Origin: Candidatus Campbellbacteria bacterium
Lineage (GTDB): Bacteria > Patescibacteriota > Minisyncoccia > Phycocordibacterales > JAXHMZ01
Direction of reading: 5' to 3'
DNA length: 64,000 bases
Assembly (NCBI GenBank): GCA_034521025.1
Contig: JAXHMZ010000001.1
Coordinates: 15,921 to 79,920, forward strand
Under the pieces are notes generated by a model. It did not search any database, was not told where the DNA came from, and saw nothing but the letters and a program-made list of their open reading frames with translations. This document shows positions 58,883-64,000 of this stretch, one piece after another (the first letter of the stretch is position 1; every line of letters starts with the position of its first letter). Made by a program: the position numbers and the translations under genes.

Positions 58883-59435
58883 CTATCTCAATGGGAATAT
58901 ACATCCGATCATCTTTTTCGGCAACCCGGAAGCATTAGCTCGATGTAAAATCAACCTAGCCTCCCCAGAGTAATTATCTTCAACATCTATTTCAGCCGTA
59001 AATGACACAAAATCTTCGGTCATCCAGTCTCCACTAGCGGTAGCATCAAGTTTCAGCAATAACCTCTCCATCGTCACTTTCTAAAGAAACAGGAAAAGTG
59101 GCTTCAAAAAACCAATATCCACGCGCTTGACCTTCAAGGGAAAAATTATTGCCAACCTCCTCTCCGGGCCTTGGCGAAGAAATTCTAACTAGGTCATACT
59201 TCTCCATCTCATTTCCAATATCGCGCGTAAACGTCTTACCGTTAGCCGCACATTGCTCCGGATATGACTCCATAATAGGATATCCGGCTTCTGCACATTC
59301 TTCAAATGAGGTTATATCTTTTTTTGCTCCTTTGTCACTCTTTTCGCTTGTAATTACATATATACCAACAATGACTAATACAACCAAAGCAACCAAAGAA
59401 GTAACAATTGCTATTGTTTTTATTTTCATACACAC
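58883..59435 (-). pseudogene. Membrane-anchored Gmad2-like (Ig-like, GerM-associated) domain protein interrupted by a frameshift
   Basis: ORF 59046-59435 (RISSPRPGEEVGNNFSLEGQARGYWFFEATFPVSL...) continues in another frame as ORF 58883-59077 (ASGDWMTEDFVSFTAEI...). Confidence 0.45.
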
Positions 59436-59446
59436 TTATTGACGAT

Positions 59447-59920
59447 TTAATCGCCTTCATTCTTACCGCTCTCAATCACTACCACCACCCTGCGCTCTAT
59501 ATCGCCGGAATTTTCTTCCGGGGCTATTTGAGAAAGTTTAAGCCTATATCCAAATGCATTTATCACATCGCCCTCCGTCATAGTAGCTATTTTTAAACTT
59601 CCGTCGGTGTGTCTCAGAGAAATTTCCGCGCTTTGACAAGAGCGACCTCCTTCACAGTTTTGAGTTCCTATGTCTTCAAACCCAATTACAAGATCTTCAA
59701 AACTTTCTTTTGAGTTAATGCCTATATCAAAAGCTCTATCATAGAAATAAAAATCTTCGTCTTCGCTGTTTTCAATATCTACCACGTCGCCTTCTTTTCT
59801 CTCTTCTATAAGTCCTGCGGCCTCACTATCTGGTTGAATATAGAGAGAAACCATCAAGCCGGACAATAAAATAACAATAAAAAGGGCGGTTGACGCAACG
59901 ACAGGCTGTTTTATTTTCAT
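59447..59920 (-). CDS. Hypothetical secreted acidic protein
   Basis: N-terminal signal/TM. No family recognised. Confidence 0.35.
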   Translation of the reverse strand: MKIKQPVVASTALFIVILLSGLMVSLYIQPDSEAAGLIEERKEGDVVDIENSEDEDFYFYDRAFDIGINSKESFEDLVIGFEDIGTQNCEGGRSCQSAEISLRHTDGSLKIATMTEGDVINAFGYRLKLSQIAPEENSGDIERRVVVVIESGKNEGD

Positions 59921-60435
59921 TCTTCAGGGAATTTATTGTAAATCCTTTGCGCTTCCTCACTTTTTGGCTTGACGAACTTTCCTTTTCTGGTTTCTTTTAT
60001 CATTTCGATAAGCTTGAGCGCGTGTTTATGGCTATAATTGCCACGAAAATTTTCCTCTATTAACTCTCTTTGTTTTTTAGGTATTCTGCTAACCACTTCA
60101 TTGTTGACATAGGAAGGCGAGAATACATACACCTCGTTTATATCAAACTCTTTAGTTACATTTTTTAGCTTATCTTCAAGCTTACCCAGAAAATGACTTA
60201 CACCTTTCTCCTCCTCTTCCTCCGATGATCTTCCCCTAACTACCGCTCCTCCCACAGAACGATGTTGAATTCTTTCTCTGGAATCCCTGTCGAATTCCTC
60301 AGGGTCTATTTCGATGACTTCGACTTCTTTTATTTCTCCTTCGCTCGCGATATAAAATTTTGCAGTTTCTTTCTCAGTAACAACTAGCAGAGCATTTTTA
60401 TTTTCAAATTGTGGCAATGTACTTTTTATCTTCAT
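59917..60435 (-). CDS. baeRF/Hap (host-attachment-protein, eRF1-like) family protein
   Basis: N-terminal LLVVTEKETAKFYI and central VYVFSPSYVNNEVVSRIP...ELIEENF, consistent with the Hap/baeRF pattern. Confidence 0.4.
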   Translation of the reverse strand: MKIKSTLPQFENKNALLVVTEKETAKFYIASEGEIKEVEVIEIDPEEFDRDSRERIQHRSVGGAVVRGRSSEEEEEKGVSHFLGKLEDKLKNVTKEFDINEVYVFSPSYVNNEVVSRIPKKQRELIEENFRGNYSHKHALKLIEMIKETRKGKFVKPKSEEAQRIYNKFPEE

Positions 60436-60464
60436 AGTCCCATTATAACATTTACTATTAGTTT

Positions 60465-60824
60465 TTATATCTCACTAGAGTTGTCGTTTTCAGGAGCTTT
60501 TTCTTTCAAAAGGAGGGTAATTTTTTCAATATCTATCTTCGCGTGATCTTCATAATAAATAACATCTTCGTTTCGTATGACTATTACTTGTGGTGATTCG
60601 TGTACTATTCCAAATGTTTCAGCTATATAGTTAGAGATATCCCTCGCGTCTTGGACAACCAATACATACATTTGGAGTTCTATTTCTTTGTCTCTTTTCT
60701 CCAAATTTTTGAATTCTTCGTAGACTCTTCGGCTCTGCATGCAAACGTTACTTGTTTTAAGAACCAACACCGGTGAGTCGTACGAACGAGCCAAAGCAAC
60801 AAAAAGATCTTTCTTCGGTTTCAA
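60465..60824 (-). CDS. Thioredoxin-fold YtxJ/DUF2847-like (monothiol bacilliredoxin-like) protein
   Basis: Single Cys in KTSNVCMQS, similar to the YtxJ T-C-P-x-S motif. About 120 aa. Confidence 0.4.
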   Translation of the reverse strand: MKPKKDLFVALARSYDSPVLVLKTSNVCMQSRRVYEEFKNLEKRDKEIELQMYVLVVQDARDISNYIAETFGIVHESPQVIVIRNEDVIYYEDHAKIDIEKITLLLKEKAPENDNSSEI

Positions 60825-61044
60825 CTAATTGCATCGCTATTTATTATAACCTTGATACATACCGAGATATCAGAGCCCCTATAAAAACAATCATTGAGAA
60901 AAGATAAAGCCACAGTAATATAGCTACTAAGAAACTTGCGGCGCCATATAGAAGTAAAGTTTGAGAAGAAAGCGAAATATAAGCCAAGTAAATTATTGAG
61001 TAATAAAATAAGTACAAGAGGCCGCAAATCCCCCGATAAATGAA

Positions 61045-61725
61045 TCAAGCCACGACGCGCTGCGTCTCGAGAAAATCTATATGAACCCCCCAAAACAAAC
61101 TAAGCAGAACAAGTATTAATACAGCGCTAAGAGCCCTGATTGTTGCACCGGACATACTGTAATTAAAGAAATCTTCAGCTAATTCAATTCCGGTAGTTAG
61201 AAGAAGTCGCGCCACAAAAAGCGCGATTATGAAAAATAGAAAAACAAGCATATAAGCTGAAGAATAGAGATTGTTGTATAAAATATTTTTGGTTGGCGAA
61301 TTACTCTCAATTGAAACTGAGAAAACCTCAAAAAGTGATCTTTGCAAGGCTCGGAAAAATCCTGTAGCTGCAAACACAACCAAAAGAAAACCGACCGCGG
61401 CAACGACAATATCTACTGTCAAATTGTTAGCGCTTTCAATAACGCGCTCAAAAAAGACACTGGCTCCGCTTCCAAAATATCTAAGGAAGAATTCCTCAAT
61501 ACCAGACTGAGCAAATGAACCAAATACAAATATACTCGCTAATGAAGTAATTAAAATTAATATCGGCGCCAAAGCAAAAAGAGCAAAATACGCAAGTGCA
61601 GCGGATTTTTCGGCAATCCTAAATTGGATAAACACCTTGGCTACTCTTGTAATAAAGTTCTTAACTGAAAGTAACTGTGCCATACACACATAGAATACCA
61701 TGAAAACATTCGTTGATATCAACAA
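61045..61725 (-). CDS. YihY/BrkB-family membrane protein (possibly C-terminally truncated)
   Basis: AALAYFALFALAPILILITSLASIF signature. Overlapping downstream ORF 60821-61093 in another frame may be its displaced C-terminus. Confidence 0.45.
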   Translation of the reverse strand: MLISTNVFMVFYVCMAQLLSVKNFITRVAKVFIQFRIAEKSAALAYFALFALAPILILITSLASIFVFGSFAQSGIEEFFLRYFGSGASVFFERVIESANNLTVDIVVAAVGFLLVVFAATGFFRALQRSLFEVFSVSIESNSPTKNILYNNLYSSAYMLVFLFFIIALFVARLLLTTGIELAEDFFNYSMSGATIRALSAVLILVLLSLFWGVHIDFLETQRVVA

Positions 61726-61803
61726 AAAACTCCAATGGCGTAAATAAAATCCGAGATCTAACCTCGGATTTTATTTGGCTTCGATTTTAGTTGAGTTCAG
61801 CAA

Positions 61804-62064
61804 TTACTCCCTGTTCTCGATAGGTTTTGCAAAATCAACCTTAAGTACTCGTCCACCAAACTCTTGTCCATTCCACATATCTAGTGCGGCCTGCGCTTCT
61901 TCTTCAGTAGACATTTCAACAAAACCAAATCCGCGTGATCGACCAGTTACTTTATCCGTAAGGATAGTAGCTGATTCAACGGTCCCTGCCTTCTCAAAGG
62001 CCTCTTGGAGCTCTTCGTTTGTTGAAGACCAAGGAATACCGCCAACATATAGCTTTTTGTTCAT
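61804..62064 (-). CDS. RRM-type RNA-binding protein
   Basis: RNP2 LYVGGI and RNP1 RGFGFVEM. Confidence 0.8.
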   Translation of the reverse strand: MNKKLYVGGIPWSSTNEELQEAFEKAGTVESATILTDKVTGRSRGFGFVEMSTEEEAQAALDMWNGQEFGGRVLKVDFAKPIENRE

Positions 62065-62226
62065 GACCTCTAACTAATTATATTTTTTCGTAAGTCGACT
62101 CACTTCTAGAGGGGTTAAAAACCGGACACTCAAGAAACTTACTTGCCACCAGTATACGAAAAAATATACAAATAACAAGAGAATTGTCATTAAAAAGCTA
62201 ATTATTTTATTTTCTGGATATCGGTA

Positions 62227-63045
62227 TTAATTCTGATTGCTTATCAGCACAAGACCTCCATAAAGACCGCCATAGTCCTGAAGTTGAGCCTTTTTTAATT
62301 CCGGAATATCAGTAAATATTTTCATAGTATCACGCAGCTCTTTCCTTACAGCCTCTATGGGGATAGCCGGATCTCCCACAATCATCGGACCTCCGAGCAT
62401 TACCACCTCCGGCGACCAATGCAAAATAGAATTATGTAAACCCATTGCCAAATCTCGCGCAGCCTTATTCCAAACTTCCTTGTCTGTTATTTCATATGGC
62501 TCAACGTCAAATCGTCTCTTAAATGCGGCACCTGAAACCAAATCTTCAAGCGTTTCTCTAGTTTCAATATTCAATATTTGATGTCCTGGCTCAAAACCAA
62601 ATTTCCCCTCATCAGGCCTTCCGTCAATAAATCTGGATCCGCCGACACCGGTGCTAACCGTCATATATACTACTATTTTGTAGTCCTTACCCGCACCAAA
62701 GATAGACTCTCCAAGACCCACAACCGAAGAATCATTATCAACGATTAGCTGCGCACTAGAATGTTTAGAAAATTCTTTTTTTATATCTAAACCAACCCAC
62801 TCTTTTAAATTTGAAGAATTAACTATTTTTGATTTCTCTTCATCAAAAACAGCAGCGACTCCCCCAGCCACTTTATCTATAGATTCGCCACCGGCTACTT
62901 CAAGAGATAGTTTGGCAAGAAGCGCCACTCCTTCTTCCGGATTTTGAGGAGTAGCTATCGAGAGCGGCTCATCAAAAATCTCTTCACCGACAACTCTTGC
63001 AACTCTCATTTTGCTACCTCCTATATCAAAAACTATATTTACCAT
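62227..63045 (-). CDS. ROK/BadF-type sugar kinase-like ATPase
   Basis: N-terminal IVFDIGGSKMRVA and ASKHA-fold motifs. No Cys zinc motif. Confidence 0.5.
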   Translation of the reverse strand: MVNIVFDIGGSKMRVARVVGEEIFDEPLSIATPQNPEEGVALLAKLSLEVAGGESIDKVAGGVAAVFDEEKSKIVNSSNLKEWVGLDIKKEFSKHSSAQLIVDNDSSVVGLGESIFGAGKDYKIVVYMTVSTGVGGSRFIDGRPDEGKFGFEPGHQILNIETRETLEDLVSGAAFKRRFDVEPYEITDKEVWNKAARDLAMGLHNSILHWSPEVVMLGGPMIVGDPAIPIEAVRKELRDTMKIFTDIPELKKAQLQDYGGLYGGLVLISNQN

Positions 63046-63238
63046 AATATTATTCTTGTTTGTTTTCTAAGTAGTCCTTATTTAAGACACATTATCATTC
63101 TAGCAATAAAACAAAAAGTTGTGTTAATGAAAATTTAACTATTAAATTGATTTTTTCCTGTCAAGTGAATAATTATTTTATAAATTGACACCTGTATATT
63201 TAATACGTACCATTTAGTTTGCTCAAAGTTTTTGAAAG

Positions 63239-63544
63239 TTGAGGTTTATTTTTTATATGGAAAATGACGAAACACAAAAAAATATTATAGTTTTTATCGG
63301 TGCCTCACAGGCAGTAAGAAAGCGAGTCAGAGAGATCAAATCTGACAAAAAAAATCGCTACCGATTCGCTGTGCTAACTGGCACAAACAAACCACTAACA
63401 GAAAAACGCAAAAAGGCGTTGGGAATGTTTGATTTTTTCCTTCGCTGTAATTTCAAATCACGCAAATCGATTGCTCAAACTCTAAAACCATTTGGAAGAT
63501 CAAATACTGGCTATAACTTGCCACCCCGAGTCTCGTATACCTGA
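63239..63544 (+). CDS. Hypothetical protein; possibly the frameshifted N-terminal domain of the downstream ATP-grasp enzyme
   Basis: NIIVFIGASQA resembles a pre-ATP-grasp N-domain. Ends 1 nt before the ATP-grasp reading frame opens. Confidence 0.3.
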   Translation: MRFIFYMENDETQKNIIVFIGASQAVRKRVREIKSDKKNRYRFAVLTGTNKPLTEKRKKALGMFDFFLRCNFKSRKSIAQTLKPFGRSNTGYNLPPRVSYT

Positions 63545-63545
63545 T

Positions 63546-64000
63546 TTGGCAAAGGTGGTTCCTCACCTCCCATATATAAACACTCCGACCAGCGAATCTC
63601 TTTTTTGGTCAACTGACAAACTGGAGATGAGACGGCGTATTACCGCATACAACCCTGAACTTACTCCCAAGTATATGTTGGTCAAAAACACTGAAGAAGA
63701 GACAATTCAAAAGATCCAAAAACGCATCGGTTTTCCTTTGGTCGTAAAACCTTCCGGCCTCGCTTCGAGTCTTTTAGTAAACGTTGTTTACCATACAGAA
63801 GAGCTTAACAAGGTTCTAAGGCGCACCTTTAAACGCGTCAACAAGATAAATAAGGAGTACAAAGAAGCTCCGGCGCAAATTATAGTGGAGCAACTTCTTG
63901 AAGGAGAAATGTATTCTTTAGATGCTTATATAGACAACGTGGGTAATACTTATTTTTGCCCGATGGTCCATATTAAAACAGGCAAAACGATAGGATTTGA
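63546..64000 (+). CDS. ATP-grasp domain protein, 3'-partial at the window end
   Basis: Own translation open to the window end: ...DKLEMRRRITAYNPELTPKYMLVKNTEEETIQKIQKRIGFPLVVKPSGLASSLLVNVVYHTEELNKV... (the KPxxGxxSxGV ATP-grasp motif). Start uncertain (TTG at 63546, GTG at 63555 or ATG at 63627). Confidence 0.45.
   Translation, partial: MAKVVPHLPYINTPTSESLFWSTDKLEMRRRITAYNPELTPKYMLVKNTEEETIQKIQKRIGFPLVVKPSGLASSLLVNVVYHTEELNKVLRRTFKRVNKINKEYKEAPAQIIVEQLLEGEMYSLDAYIDNVGNTYFCPMVHIKTGKTIGF

Noticed and set aside
1-64000. CRISPR arrays, reverse transcriptases (retron/DGR), restriction-modification or toxin-antitoxin modules, and an alternative UGA-recoding genetic code.
   Set aside because: The only arrays of direct repeats have units of 110-290 nt without unique spacers. 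No Cas, RT, methylase, nuclease or toxin domains were recognised. Long conserved genes (clpB, gyrA, valS) are uninterrupted and terminate with standard stop codons, so code 11 fits.

Overview
This 64-kb window (roughly 40% GC, standard genetic code) looks like part of a small-genome, CPR/Patescibacteria-like bacterium. The guess rests on a truncated IF-2, a short ValRS, and tRNA genes that do not encode CCA. The window carries many housekeeping genes: rel, parB, miaA, rpmG, dcd, clpB, infB-rbfA, a Mur ligase, gyrA, rpsA, pth, lepB, rpsU, ftsA-ftsZ, trxB, tsaD, valS, hsp20 and nrdH-like. It also carries 12 tRNA genes, one of which (Phe) looks defective, and several envelope loci. The envelope loci are three collagen-like repeat proteins (one with an SLH domain), a GT2 processive synthase next to a GH26-like hydrolase, an acidic repeat lipoprotein, and six tandem VirB2/TrbC-like small membrane protein genes beside an SPFH protein. 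The most unusual feature is a family of modular repeat units of about 110-290 nt attached to the 3' end of 10 of the 12 tRNA genes. Each unit starts with an ACGAACAAAGTGAG-like motif right after the tRNA discriminator and ends with a copy of a tRNA T-arm/acceptor 3' strand. They form tandem arrays (period about 150 bp at the Leu-CAA and Trp loci), contain a hairpin whose stem covaries, and explain many spurious ORFs in the six-frame track. I read them as an undescribed family of miniature tRNA-3'-end-targeting elements or tRNA-linked structured RNAs. Other oddities include a cysteine desulfurase gene broken by two frameshifts at homopolymer runs, a degenerate HisRS-like paralog, and two copies of an identical 30-bp palindrome.
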